This document shows, piece by piece, positions 7,161 through 17,088 of a stretch of 45,156 bases of DNA; the first letter of the stretch is position 1, and each line of letters begins with the position of its first letter. The notes beneath the pieces were generated by a model. It was not told the DNA's origin, did no database searches, and saw nothing but the letters and a program-made list of their open reading frames with translations. Made by a program: the position numbers and the translations under genes. The DNA is from an uncultured Candidatus Saccharibacteria bacterium. GTDB lineage: Bacteria > Patescibacteriota > Minisyncoccia > GWC2-36-17 > WO2-46-25. The DNA is taken from positions 1-45,156 of the forward strand of contig CAYIVQ010000001.1 in assembly GCA_964366905.1 (NCBI GenBank), given 5' to 3'.

Positions 7161-8525
7161 TCAATGTCCTTCTCTTTTTAACACTACAGGAATGGTTTTG
7201 AGTATCACATCCAGGTCTAATATCAAATCTCTGTTTTTAATATAGTAAAGATCGTATTGTAGTTTTTCCAGACTATCTTCCACAGACGCGCCTCCGTGAG
7301 GTTGATTGATTTGCGCCCAACCTGTCAATCCCGGCCTGACAAGATGCCTCATTTGATAATAGGGAATCGCTTTTTCCAAAGTGCCGACAAATTCCGGGCG
7401 TTCCGGTCGCGGACCGGCAAAACTCATATCGCCTTTAATGACATTCCATAATTGCGGCAATTCATCAATTCGCGATTTTCTTAAAAATCTTCCTACTCTG
7501 GTCACGCGCGCGTCGCTGGCGGAAGTCCATCGCGCTCCATGAGCTTCCGCGTTTTTCACCATAGTCCTGAATTTAAGCAAAGAAAAAACTTTGCCATTTT
7601 TGCCTATTCTGGTTTGAGTGTAAAAAGCTCCTCCCCGGCTGTCTATTATGATCGCCAGAGCTATCAAAGGCGCGAATGGAAGAAAGACGGTTGTCAATAA
7701 AATCGCCAACAAAATATCCAATGTCCGCTTACCTGTTTCATACGGCTTTTTCTCTGTTTCAATCAAGTTTTCCAAAAACCAAGTTTCACCGATAATTGAA
7801 ATGGGTATCTTTTTCGTAATTTCAGCATAGAATTTCGACAATTCAACAATACCGACCCCCAAAGGAATCAGATTGTAAAGCATCTTGGAAATTATCTGTT
7901 TTTCCGATTCCGATTGATGCTGATTAGAATGTACAATCGTATGAATATTAAACTCTCGCGCTACTTTTAAAATATCAATATTTAAAACCTCATTATAATC
8001 AAACACCCTGATAATTTTATATCCTAATTGAGGATGTTCTGATAGTATATTTATGATATCCCGCGCCTCTTTATTTACTCCTATGAATATAGTATTATTA
8101 AGAAAACGATTGGATCGAAAAAATAGATTGCACGCGTATCGCCACGCGAAAAAAAACACCGAATAAAATACCGCGGTTAAAACCAAATTTGTTTTCGGAG
8201 CAATCTGCGGGGTAAGCGATGAAGTAATGGCAAGATACAGGAATATTACAGTCAATACAACTGCCGTGAATATCGCTTTTGCCGAGTTAAGATAAAATCG
8301 ATGGCTGTTTTGGAATGACTTTCCTTCATATAAATTAAAAAGGTAAAAAATCAAAATCCAGACCGCGAATATCGGCAAAAATAGCCGCATATGCTCGCTC
8401 CACATATAACTGTCAAAATTGTCGCCATATCTTGCGGTTAATACCAAAAAAAGCGCGAGATAGAGCAATACAAAGTCACCGGCCGCTAAAATTAATTTTC
8501 TAAAAGAGGATATTATTTGAATCAT
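7161..8525 (-). CDS. polyprenyl-phosphate sugar phosphotransferase (bacterial sugar transferase, WbaP/EpsL-like)
   Basis: N-terminal TM bundle, then KRTLDILLAI...SLLKFRTM...DARVTRVGRFLRKSRIDELPQLWNVIKGDMSFAGPRPERPEF. Confidence 0.88.
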   Translation of the reverse strand: MIQIISSFRKLILAAGDFVLLYLALFLVLTARYGDNFDSYMWSEHMRLFLPIFAVWILIFYLFNLYEGKSFQNSHRFYLNSAKAIFTAVVLTVIFLYLAITSSLTPQIAPKTNLVLTAVFYSVFFFAWRYACNLFFRSNRFLNNTIFIGVNKEARDIINILSEHPQLGYKIIRVFDYNEVLNIDILKVAREFNIHTIVHSNQHQSESEKQIISKMLYNLIPLGVGIVELSKFYAEITKKIPISIIGETWFLENLIETEKKPYETGKRTLDILLAILLTTVFLPFAPLIALAIIIDSRGGAFYTQTRIGKNGKVFSLLKFRTMVKNAEAHGARWTSASDARVTRVGRFLRKSRIDELPQLWNVIKGDMSFAGPRPERPEFVGTLEKAIPYYQMRHLVRPGLTGWAQINQPHGGASVEDSLEKLQYDLYYIKNRDLILDLDVILKTIPVVLKREGH

Positions 8526-8568
8526 ATAGTTAAAAATACAATAATATTAACGATTTGGCAATATTTTC

Positions 8569-9282
8569 ATGTACACCGTTAAACTTGAAAAATTTGAGGG
8601 ACCTCTTGAGCTTCTGCTGGAGCTTATAGAAAAGGCTAAACTGGACATTTCCGAAATATCGCTGGCAGCGATTGCCGATCAATTTTTGTCCCATCTGAGC
8701 GAAATACAAGAAAAAGAGCCGGCATATCTTGCCGATTTTTTGGTGGTGGCGGCAAAACTTATACTTATAAAATCCAAAGCAATGCTCCCGTTTTTCAGTA
8801 TTACTCAAGAAGAAGAGGAAGAAATCAAAGAACTCAAAGACAGGCTTGCCGCCTATCAAAAAATACGAGAGAGAGCGAAATTAATTTCGGAATTGGATAA
8901 AAAACAGGCAATCGCTTATCATCGGACTTCGAATCTTAAAAATTTTCGAGTATTTGTCATGCCGGAAGGATTGACCGCGGAGATTTTACTTGAGCATTTT
9001 AAGAATGTCTTGGCTTTCGCGCACAAGCCGGAGATCATCATGGAAGAACGGAAAATTGAAACCATTATTTCTTTTGAAGAGAAAATCAAAGAAATCAGAG
9101 AGAGATTGCGCGCTCAATTGCAAACAAGCTTTAGGCAAATCACTTCAAGCGCTTCGCGCGCGCATACGATAATTTCTTTTCTGGCAATTCTTGAACTTGC
9201 CAGACAAAGGTTTTTAACCGCGGAGCAAGAAGAAATATTCGGAGAAATTGAACTGACCCACGTGCATATAACAAATGTCTGA
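8569..9282 (+). CDS. scpA: segregation and condensation protein A
   Basis: LEKFEGPLELLLELIEKAKLDISEISLAAIADQFL is the typical ScpA N-terminus. Followed by an overlapping scpB. Confidence 0.85.
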   Translation: MYTVKLEKFEGPLELLLELIEKAKLDISEISLAAIADQFLSHLSEIQEKEPAYLADFLVVAAKLILIKSKAMLPFFSITQEEEEEIKELKDRLAAYQKIRERAKLISELDKKQAIAYHRTSNLKNFRVFVMPEGLTAEILLEHFKNVLAFAHKPEIIMEERKIETIISFEEKIKEIRERLRAQLQTSFRQITSSASRAHTIISFLAILELARQRFLTAEQEEIFGEIELTHVHITNV

Positions 9283-9805
9283 TCTAAAATCTAAAATCGA
9301 ATCGATATTATTCATATCCGGCGACGCGTTAAGCGTAAAGCAGATTAAACACGCTTTGGGGGAAGAGATTGACAATGATAAAATAAAAAAAGCCGTCGAA
9401 GACTTGGGGAAAGAGTATCAAGACAAAGGATTAAGAATACTTTCCAAAGAAGAAAGAATCCAAATGGTAACCGCCCCGGAAAACGCGGCGATAATAGAAA
9501 AACTTGTTAAATCCCAACTGACGGAAGAATTAACGCCGGCGGCATTGGAAACTCTTGCTTGCGTCGCATACAAAGAGCCGATTTCAAAAATCGAGATTGA
9601 TGAATTAAGAGGGTTGAATTCTATTTTTTCATTGAGAAGCTTAATGATAAGGGGGCTAATTGAAAAGACCGCCTGCAAATCCGAGGTTGGAGAAAAAGCC
9701 GATTGCTTTAAAACAACATTGGATTTTTTGAAAAAATTAGGAATAGAAAAAGTAAGCGATTTGCCGAAGTTCAATGATTATGAAGAAATTACAAAGAATA
9801 ATTGA
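9275..9805 (+). CDS. scpB: segregation and condensation protein B
   Basis: IESILFISGDALSVKQI, LETLACVAYKEPISKIEIDELRG. 8-nt overlap with scpA. Confidence 0.85.
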   Translation: MSDLKSKIESILFISGDALSVKQIKHALGEEIDNDKIKKAVEDLGKEYQDKGLRILSKEERIQMVTAPENAAIIEKLVKSQLTEELTPAALETLACVAYKEPISKIEIDELRGLNSIFSLRSLMIRGLIEKTACKSEVGEKADCFKTTLDFLKKLGIEKVSDLPKFNDYEEITKNN

Positions 9806-10874
9806 TAACGCTGACAGCCAGACATTAAACAGCGCCAGATTTATATGCGTACTGGCTCTTGTTTTAATTTTCGGCGTGGTTTTATACCGACACGCTAAAT
9901 CTCCGCGGCTTGATGAACGGCTGGCTATCGCAAAAACCCAAACCGCAATGGCAGTTATGCAACCGCAATCACAACCGCAAAATAATCATGAAGAAGCCGG
10001 TGGCGACATTGGGATTGAAACGCCGATAATAAATTCAAATCAAAATAATAATAAAGAAAATAGTTTTTACGCCAATACGGCAAACCCGGTCGCTCCATTG
10101 ATGGTATTAAAAGACGATGTAAACGATGCCGCGTCATCTGAATCACTATCAGATTTTTCCGCAAGAGTGCTGATTGCCGTTGACGCCGCCGATGGAAGTA
10201 TTTTATTGAAAAAAGAAATGGATAAGAAATTGCCGATAGCAAGTGTTACGAAATTGATGACCGCGATAGCAGTGCTGGAAAATTTAAATTCTGAAGAAAA
10301 AATCAAAATAAGCCAAACCGCCATTGATACCGAGGGGTGGGTAGGCAAATTAATTGTCGGGGAAGAATTTTTAGCTATCGATTTGCTAAGAATAATGCTT
10401 GTCGCGTCTAGCAACGATGCAGCCGCCGCCTTTGCCGAGCACTTTGAGAAAAAAAATCTTAATTTAATTGATATAATGAACGAAAAAGCAAAAATGCTTG
10501 GCATGGTAAACACTTCTTTTAATAATCCGAGCGGATTGGACGCGCAAAACCATTATTCAACCGCCGCTGATTTGGCGCGGCTTGGAATTTACGTGGCAAA
10601 CAATCAGACAATTATCAAAATTATATCGCAAAAATCCGTTTCAATTTTTTCTGATAATACAAATATCTTGCACAACGCGCTTTCCACTAATCAACTTTTG
10701 CATCAGAACGTCACGGAAGTAATCGGCGGCAAAACAGGATATACTAAAGAAGCGCGGGGCTGTATTTTGAGTATTTTAAATATTAACGGAAGAAAAATAA
10801 TAAGCATAGTTTTGGGATCGGAAGATAGATTTGAGGAGACAAAGCAAATTATAAAAATCTTGAAAAATGGTTGA
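9774..10874 (+). CDS. D-alanyl-D-alanine carboxypeptidase (S11 PBP)
   Basis: SxxK (SVTK), SxN (SSN) and KTG (KTGYT) motifs in the right order. N-terminal membrane anchor. Exact start is uncertain (32-nt overlap with scpB). Confidence 0.82.
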   Translation: MIMKKLQRIIDNADSQTLNSARFICVLALVLIFGVVLYRHAKSPRLDERLAIAKTQTAMAVMQPQSQPQNNHEEAGGDIGIETPIINSNQNNNKENSFYANTANPVAPLMVLKDDVNDAASSESLSDFSARVLIAVDAADGSILLKKEMDKKLPIASVTKLMTAIAVLENLNSEEKIKISQTAIDTEGWVGKLIVGEEFLAIDLLRIMLVASSNDAAAAFAEHFEKKNLNLIDIMNEKAKMLGMVNTSFNNPSGLDAQNHYSTAADLARLGIYVANNQTIIKIISQKSVSIFSDNTNILHNALSTNQLLHQNVTEVIGGKTGYTKEARGCILSILNINGRKIISIVLGSEDRFEETKQIIKILKNG

Positions 10875-11916
10875 CCCGTTTCTTATCATAAAAATTTTGG
10901 GATTTTCCGCTCTTGCTTTCGCGGCGGCGGTTTTATTTACCCCGATTCTGACACATTTTTTATACAAATATAAACTTGGCAAACAAATCAGAACGGCCGA
11001 AAATGCTCCGGTTTACAACAGTTTGCATGCCAAAAAAACCGGCACTCCAACGATGGGAGGGATTATGATTTGGTTTGTCGTTCTTTCCATATCAATCATA
11101 TTTCTTATTCTCGCGATTGTGTTCCCAGATTCCCAATTTGAAAAACTGAATTTCCTCACCCGCGAACAGACTTATCTGCCGCTTGGCATATTGATTCTTG
11201 CCGCGATTGTCGGATTGATAGACGACTTGATGGGTGTGTGGAAAATAGGGCCGAATGGCGGCGGTCTGCGCATGAAACACAGGCTTCTGCTTTATTTGCT
11301 TGTGGCAGGCGTCGGCGCGTACTGGTTTTATTTCAAGCTCGGGTGGGATTTTATTTATGTTCCGTTTTTCGGCAATTTTGAAATCGGCTGGTGGTATATC
11401 CCGATTTTTATGTTCGTCATCACCGCGGCGGCGCATTCCGCCAATATTACCGATGGATTGGACGGCCTTGCCGGCGGCTCGATTGCAATCGCTTTTGCCG
11501 CATATATCTTCGTGGCGGCGACTCTTAATAAGCCTGAACTGGCGGTTTTTTGCGCGGTTGTTGTTGGAGCATTACTGGCATTTTTGTGGTTTAATATCAA
11601 TCCGGCGCGGTTTTTTATGGGCGATACCGGCTCCATGGCGCTCGGTGTTACGCTCGGCGTTATGGCAATGCTGACAAATACCGTTTTATTTTTGCCATTT
11701 TTCGGATTCATACTGGTTGTTGAAACGCTGTCGGTTATAATCCAAACCGCGTCAAAAAAATTGCGCGGGAAAAAGATTTTCTTATCAACACCGATTCATC
11801 ATCATTTCGAAGCAATCGGCTGGCCGGAAACAAAAATCACCATGCGATTCTGGATTATTTCAGCAGTTTTTTCCTTTATTGGTATAGCGTTGTTTGTTCT
11901 TGAACGTAATTTATAA
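10867..11916 (+). CDS. mraY: phospho-N-acetylmuramoyl-pentapeptide transferase
   Basis: Polytopic. KKTGTPTMGG, NITDGLDGLA, FMGDTGSMALG, PIHHHFE. Confidence 0.95.
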   Translation: MVDPFLIIKILGFSALAFAAAVLFTPILTHFLYKYKLGKQIRTAENAPVYNSLHAKKTGTPTMGGIMIWFVVLSISIIFLILAIVFPDSQFEKLNFLTREQTYLPLGILILAAIVGLIDDLMGVWKIGPNGGGLRMKHRLLLYLLVAGVGAYWFYFKLGWDFIYVPFFGNFEIGWWYIPIFMFVITAAAHSANITDGLDGLAGGSIAIAFAAYIFVAATLNKPELAVFCAVVVGALLAFLWFNINPARFFMGDTGSMALGVTLGVMAMLTNTVLFLPFFGFILVVETLSVIIQTASKKLRGKKIFLSTPIHHHFEAIGWPETKITMRFWIISAVFSFIGIALFVLERNL

Positions 11917-11918
11917 CT

Positions 11919-13523
11919 ATGTACGATTTAATAATCAAAAACGGCACTATTATAGATGGAACGGGAAGAGAGGCATACAAAGCCGATATTTGCGTGTTGG
12001 GTGATAAAATCGCCGGTATAGGAAGTTTCCAATATGAACTCGCAAAAACTGAAATTGACGCAACCGGCTTAATAATATCTCCCGGATTTATTGATGTTTT
12101 AAACCATTCAGACACTTATCTGACACTTTTCACCATGCCGAGTCAGGAAAGTTTGCTCACTCAAGGTGTGACGACAATTATCGGTGGCAACTGCGGTTAT
12201 TCGCTCGCGCCATTAGTTTCCGGTAATGCGCTGGAAACCGTTCAAAAATGGGCAAATCCGGATCAAATAAACATTGACTGGCTCAAAATGTCTGAATTTT
12301 TAGATTGTCTATCGGCGAAAAAAATGAGTCTTAATTTCGGAACATTGGTAGGATTTAATACATTAATAAAAGGAGTCTTGAAAAACGAACATAGATCGCC
12401 GACCGAAACTGAAAAAGAAATTATGGGTAATTTGTTTAGGCAAGCGCTTGAGGAAGGAGCCTTCGGATTATCGGTGGGAATGGCTTATTGGCATCTACGC
12501 GAAGACTCCGGCGATACTTTGGACTATTTTTTTAAAATAACGGCTGAAAAAGATGCGATTGTTTCCGTGCATTTAAAGGACGAGTGGGATAAATTCATGG
12601 ATTCTCTGATTGCTATTTTAGACAAAGCTAAAACAACAAACGCCAAAACGCATATTTCTCATCTGAAAGTAATCGGCAAAAAATTCTGGGGAAATTTCGA
12701 TAGGGCTGTGAAAGAATTGGAGAAAAACTATCAAGACGGCGCGAAGATAAGCTTTGATGTTTTCCCGTACGCGTCAAGCTCGCTCGCGCTTTATCTTTTA
12801 TTGCCGGCTTGGGCAAAGAACGGAGGAAATGATGCTATGCTGGATCGACTGAAAGATCCATTCGACCGCAAACAAATACTCAAAGATCTTAAAGCGCAGG
12901 AAATAGATTTCGACAAAATAACCATAGCGTCATTCTCCACCGGTCCGCTTGAAAATGCCAAACAAAATATGTTGTTTGTCGGGAAGACAATTTCCGAAAT
13001 CGCCAAAGACTGGCAAACAACAGGCGAAGAAGCGATTATAGATTTATTATCCGCCTCAAAATTAAACGCCATAGTGTTCGCGAATTTACTCGATGAATCG
13101 AATGTAAAAACCGCGATAGCTCATCCGCTATCAGTCATAGCTTCAGCAGGCGCCGGCTATGATTTGTCAAAAATAAATTCTGTCAGCGATTTGCCGCATC
13201 CGAAATCTTTCGGCGCTTTCCCGCGATTTTTGCGCAAATACGCGCGTGAAGGCGGATTATTCGCGCTTGAACAGGCAATAGAAAAAATAACTTCAAAACC
13301 GGCAAAATTATTCGGAATAAAAAACAGGGGAGTCATGCAAAAAGGCAATTTCGCGGATTTAGTTATTTTTGATCCGGAAAAAATCACCGATAAAGCGACA
13401 TTTAAAAATCCGTATCAATACAGTGTGGGCATAAAAGAGGTATTGGTCAACGGCCGGTTCGCGCTTCACGAAGGCAAATTCGTAAAAAGTTTTTCCGGAA
13501 AAGTCTTAAAACGCGAAGAATGA
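11919..13523 (+). CDS. D-aminoacylase-family amidohydrolase (N-acyl-D-amino-acid deacylase-like)
   Basis: YDLIIKNGTIIDGTG...DATGLIISPGFIDVLNHSD N-terminus and an overall length of 534 aa fit the family. The first His of the usual HxH is Leu here. Confidence 0.72.
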   Translation: MYDLIIKNGTIIDGTGREAYKADICVLGDKIAGIGSFQYELAKTEIDATGLIISPGFIDVLNHSDTYLTLFTMPSQESLLTQGVTTIIGGNCGYSLAPLVSGNALETVQKWANPDQINIDWLKMSEFLDCLSAKKMSLNFGTLVGFNTLIKGVLKNEHRSPTETEKEIMGNLFRQALEEGAFGLSVGMAYWHLREDSGDTLDYFFKITAEKDAIVSVHLKDEWDKFMDSLIAILDKAKTTNAKTHISHLKVIGKKFWGNFDRAVKELEKNYQDGAKISFDVFPYASSSLALYLLLPAWAKNGGNDAMLDRLKDPFDRKQILKDLKAQEIDFDKITIASFSTGPLENAKQNMLFVGKTISEIAKDWQTTGEEAIIDLLSASKLNAIVFANLLDESNVKTAIAHPLSVIASAGAGYDLSKINSVSDLPHPKSFGAFPRFLRKYAREGGLFALEQAIEKITSKPAKLFGIKNRGVMQKGNFADLVIFDPEKITDKATFKNPYQYSVGIKEVLVNGRFALHEGKFVKSFSGKVLKREE

Positions 13524-14623
13524 ATCTTCTGTCAAAGAACAACTTATTCCCGATTTCCGTTTTTTTGCTGGTTTTTTTTGGCCTCGCCATGCTTTCCACA
13601 GCTTCGGCTGTGCTCGGTTTTAATAAAACAGGGGATAGTTATTTCTTTCTTAAACGGCAAATCATCAACGGCCTGATTCCCGGCATTTTATTTTTCTTTA
13701 TCGCGAGCCGATTTCCGTATTACAAACTCAAAAAATTGGTATTGCCGATTATAATGCTGGCCATATTCTTTTTATTCTTGATTTTTATTCCTCAATTTGG
13801 GATAGAAACCAAAGGAGCGGCCAGATGGATTGATTTTTGGGGATTTTCTTTTCAGCCATCGGAAATTCTCAAGCTTTCTTTTGTTCTATACCTTGCCGCG
13901 CTGTTTGAAGCGAAAAAAGACAATGTCTCGAGTCTAAAAGAAGGCTTTGCTCCTTTTTTAGTTCTTATAACGATTATAACCGCGCTTCTAATATCTCAAC
14001 CGGACTTAGGAACGCTTAGCGTAATAATTTCTACCGCGCTTGCCGTTTATTTTATCGCTGGCGCCAAAAAAACTCATATATTGGCGGCAATTCTCATCGG
14101 TCTTTTTAGCGTAGCGGCATTTGTGTATTTCCACGGCTACGGGATGGAAAGAATACAGGTTTACTTAAATCCGGAAAGTGACAGACTCGGGGCAGGATAC
14201 CAGCTCAATACCGCGCTTGCCACTATAAGTTCCGGGGGATTTAAGGGTTTAGGTTACGGCCAATCACAGCAAAAATCAGGAATATATCTACCGGAGCCGA
14301 TGGGAGATTCAATATTTGCAATTGTGGCGGAAGAACTTGGATTCATAGGGATAAGCGCCACGATATTTCTTTTCGCGCTTTTCGGATGGCAAGGATTAAG
14401 AATCGCCAAACTGTGCCCTGATCTTTTTGGCAGTCTGGTCGCGGCTGGAATAACTTTCTGGGTGCTTATCCAGGCCTTTATAAATATAGGGGCGATGACC
14501 GCGATACTGCCGTTAACAGGATTGCCGCTTCCTTTTATGAGTTATGGAGGCACTTCAATGGCAATTTTATTGACCGCTTGCGGTATTTTATATAACATAC
14601 AAAGAACAACATCTGACATTTGA
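13520..14623 (+). CDS. ftsW: SEDS peptidoglycan polymerase FtsW/RodA
   Basis: 10-TM profile, QPSEILKL, SQPDLGT, GLPLPFMSYGGTSM. Sits between mraY and murG. Confidence 0.9.
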   Translation: MNLLSKNNLFPISVFLLVFFGLAMLSTASAVLGFNKTGDSYFFLKRQIINGLIPGILFFFIASRFPYYKLKKLVLPIIMLAIFFLFLIFIPQFGIETKGAARWIDFWGFSFQPSEILKLSFVLYLAALFEAKKDNVSSLKEGFAPFLVLITIITALLISQPDLGTLSVIISTALAVYFIAGAKKTHILAAILIGLFSVAAFVYFHGYGMERIQVYLNPESDRLGAGYQLNTALATISSGGFKGLGYGQSQQKSGIYLPEPMGDSIFAIVAEELGFIGISATIFLFALFGWQGLRIAKLCPDLFGSLVAAGITFWVLIQAFINIGAMTAILPLTGLPLPFMSYGGTSMAILLTACGILYNIQRTTSDI

Positions 14624-14634
14624 TTTTTTAACTT

Positions 14635-15771
14635 ATGAAAGTAATTCTAACCGGTGGCGGAAGCGGAGGGCATATAATCCCTCTAATCACCGTCGCGCAA
14701 AAAATTCAACAATTCGCCAAAGACAGAGGCATAGAAAACATCAGTTTTTTATATGTGGGGCCGAAGTTTTCAAACATTTCCGAAGATATGGAGGAGATGT
14801 TTAAGCGCGCCGGAATAGAAAGAAAATATATATTGTCCGGCAAAATAAGAAGATACGCGAGCGCGTTAAATGTTATCGATATTTTAAAATTTCCTTTTAT
14901 AATGCTCCACGCGCTTTGGATTGTTTTCTGGAATATGCCCGACGCTGTGTTTTCCAAAGGAGGGTTCGGCAGTTTTCCGGTTATGTTTTCCTGCTGGCTT
15001 TTTTTCGTACCGTCGCGAGTCATTCATGAATCAGACAGCGTGCCGGGACTCGCGAATAGAATGTCTGCGATATTCGCCAAACGCATCGGCGTGGCATTCA
15101 CAACTGCCGCTTTGAAATTCCCGATAGAAAAAACCGCCGCCGTAGGATTACCAGTGCGCGACGATCTTTGCCGCCAAGATCCGAAAAAAGCAAGGCTGTT
15201 TTTTGACATTCAAACCGACCGCAAAGTGATTTTTATTATAGGCGGTTCGCAAGGAGCCGACAGTATAAATCAAAATATTATCCAGATTTTGCCTCAATTA
15301 TTAATTAAATACGAGGTCATACATCTTTGCGGCCAAAGAAATTACGAAAGTTTCAAGTCCCAGCTGAAAGAAATGCACGGAGATAAACTTGGCGGCAGTT
15401 ATCATTTATATCCATTTCTAACCGAAGAAATAAAATTCGCTTTCACGCTTGCCAGCATCGTCGTGTCGCGCGCGTCAGCAACCAGCATATTTGAAATAGC
15501 CAATTGCGCCAAACCAAGCATACTGATCCCGCTCAAAAATTCCGCCCAGGATCATCAGCGCCAAAATGCTTATGAATATTCAAAAACCGGCGCGGCGATA
15601 GTAATGGAAGAAAACAACCTGACGCCGCATTTATTATTTTCAAATATCGAATCAATATTGGAGAATAAAGAAACTTCCGACAAAATATCTTCCAACGCCG
15701 CCGCTTTTATCACTAAAAATTCCGCGGAAATCATCGCGAAAGAAATATTGCAATTAAGAGGAATAGTATAA
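14635..15771 (+). CDS. murG: UDP-GlcNAc:lipid I N-acetylglucosaminyltransferase
   Basis: ILTGGGSGGHIIP N-terminus, GGSQGA, SRASATSIFE. Confidence 0.92.
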   Translation: MKVILTGGGSGGHIIPLITVAQKIQQFAKDRGIENISFLYVGPKFSNISEDMEEMFKRAGIERKYILSGKIRRYASALNVIDILKFPFIMLHALWIVFWNMPDAVFSKGGFGSFPVMFSCWLFFVPSRVIHESDSVPGLANRMSAIFAKRIGVAFTTAALKFPIEKTAAVGLPVRDDLCRQDPKKARLFFDIQTDRKVIFIIGGSQGADSINQNIIQILPQLLIKYEVIHLCGQRNYESFKSQLKEMHGDKLGGSYHLYPFLTEEIKFAFTLASIVVSRASATSIFEIANCAKPSILIPLKNSAQDHQRQNAYEYSKTGAAIVMEENNLTPHLLFSNIESILENKETSDKISSNAAAFITKNSAEIIAKEILQLRGIV

Positions 15772-16862
15772 TGGAAAACTTAGCGCTTTATAGAAAATAC
15801 CGTCCCCGTGATTTCAATGAAGTCATCGGGCAGGAACATATTGTCCAGACTGTTCAAAATGCCATCGCTCAAAACCGGCTGTCGCACGCTTATTTATTTA
15901 CCGGCCCGCGAGGCACAGGCAAAACCACTCTTGCGAGAATTCTCGCGAAAACCATCAATTGTGAAAAACTTTCCGGTGGACAGCCGTGCAATAAATGCGC
16001 AAGCTGTACGGAAATCGCCGCCGGCCGCGCGCTGGACATCATAGAAATAGACGCCGCTTCAAACCGCGGCATAGACGAAATCCGCGAATTGCGGGAAGGT
16101 ATCCGCTCCGTGCCAGTTCAGTTAAAATACAAAGTATACATTATTGATGAATCTCATCAGCTTACCAAAGAAGCGTTCAACGCTCTACTAAAAACTCTGG
16201 AAGAACCGCCTGCTCATGCCGTTTTTATTTTGGCAACAACCGAAGCGGATAAAATGCCGGCGACTATCCTTTCGAGGGTGCAAAGGTTTGATTTTAAACA
16301 ACTTTCAATTGACCAAATTGTCGCCAAACTGGAAAAAATATTGAAAGAAGAAAAAGTTAAATTCAGCCAAGATGCCCTGCGAATAATAGCTATTTACGCC
16401 AGCGGGGGATTGCGGGACGCGGAATCAATGCTCGCGCAGATACTTGCCCATTCTCCCGAAAAAGTCACCGATTTAGCCGTTGAAGAAGCGCTTGGAGTGC
16501 CCGCTTTGAGTAAAATATCGGCGTTCGCGGACTTGCTTCAAGCTAAAGATTTAAAAGAAGCTATCATCGGACTCAACAGCTTGCAGAAAGAAGGAGTGCG
16601 ACTGGACGAGTTTTTAAAATCGCTTCTCGGATATTTGCGAAAAATGATGCTTTTGCAGATAGACGAAAAACTGCGGCCTTTCGCCGCGCCGGAATTGACC
16701 GATAACCAATTTTTAACTATTATAGCCCAGTGCAAGAAATTTGAGAGAGCCGAACTGGAAAGGGCTTTAATCGTCTTGATGGAAGCCGAGATAAATCTCA
16801 AAAAAACCTCCATCACGGTCCTCCCGATTGAACTTGCGCTGATAAAAATAATACAACCATAA
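15771..16862 (+). CDS. dnaX: DNA polymerase III gamma/tau subunit (short form)
   Basis: YRKYRPRDFNEVIGQEH, GPRGTGKTT, zinc module CNKCASC, IIDESHQL, SRVQRF. 1-nt overlap with the murG stop. Confidence 0.9.
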   Translation: MENLALYRKYRPRDFNEVIGQEHIVQTVQNAIAQNRLSHAYLFTGPRGTGKTTLARILAKTINCEKLSGGQPCNKCASCTEIAAGRALDIIEIDAASNRGIDEIRELREGIRSVPVQLKYKVYIIDESHQLTKEAFNALLKTLEEPPAHAVFILATTEADKMPATILSRVQRFDFKQLSIDQIVAKLEKILKEEKVKFSQDALRIIAIYASGGLRDAESMLAQILAHSPEKVTDLAVEEALGVPALSKISAFADLLQAKDLKEAIIGLNSLQKEGVRLDEFLKSLLGYLRKMMLLQIDEKLRPFAAPELTDNQFLTIIAQCKKFERAELERALIVLMEAEINLKKTSITVLPIELALIKIIQP

Positions 16863-16871
16863 TTTTTTATT

Positions 16872-16940
16872 GCGGGATCGTCTAATGGTAGGACAGCGGC
16901 CTTTGAAGCCGTTTATCTTGGTTCGAATCCAGGTCCCGCA
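16872..16940 (+). tRNA. tRNA-Gln (anticodon UUG); CCA not encoded
   Basis: Acceptor GCGGGAU/GUCCCGC (one G-U). Anticodon stem GCGGC/GCCGU with loop CUUUGAA. T arm CUUGG-UUCGAAU-CCAGG. Hand-folded only. Confidence 0.85.
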
Positions 16941-17054
16941 GCACTTCGGCAAGCTCAGTGCGAGTTTATAAAATAAGAATACGAGTTAGATTCCAGAAAG
17001 AGGCATAAGCAAGACGTCCTTATCTTACTTGTCAAATTTATCAACACTCAATGC

Positions 17055-17082
17055 TTGACTTTTTTACATTTATAAATATACT
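17055..17082 (+). promoter_or_regulatory. candidate sigma70-type promoter of the antitoxin/toxin pair
   Basis: TTGACT (17055-17060), 16-nt spacer, TATACT (17077-17082). The ATG at 17089 implies a near-leaderless transcript. Confidence 0.4.
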
Positions 17083-17088
17083 AGAAGT

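Noticed and set aside
8530-8859. A minus-strand 109-aa ORF overlapping the scpA start, together with the many other 60-150-aa antisense ORFs inside large genes (for example 830-1114, 10067-10513, 11355-11711, 25531-26103, 34283-34810).
   Set aside because: Each is fully nested antisense within a strongly supported conserved gene. Their compositions are typical of antisense translation in AT-rich DNA.
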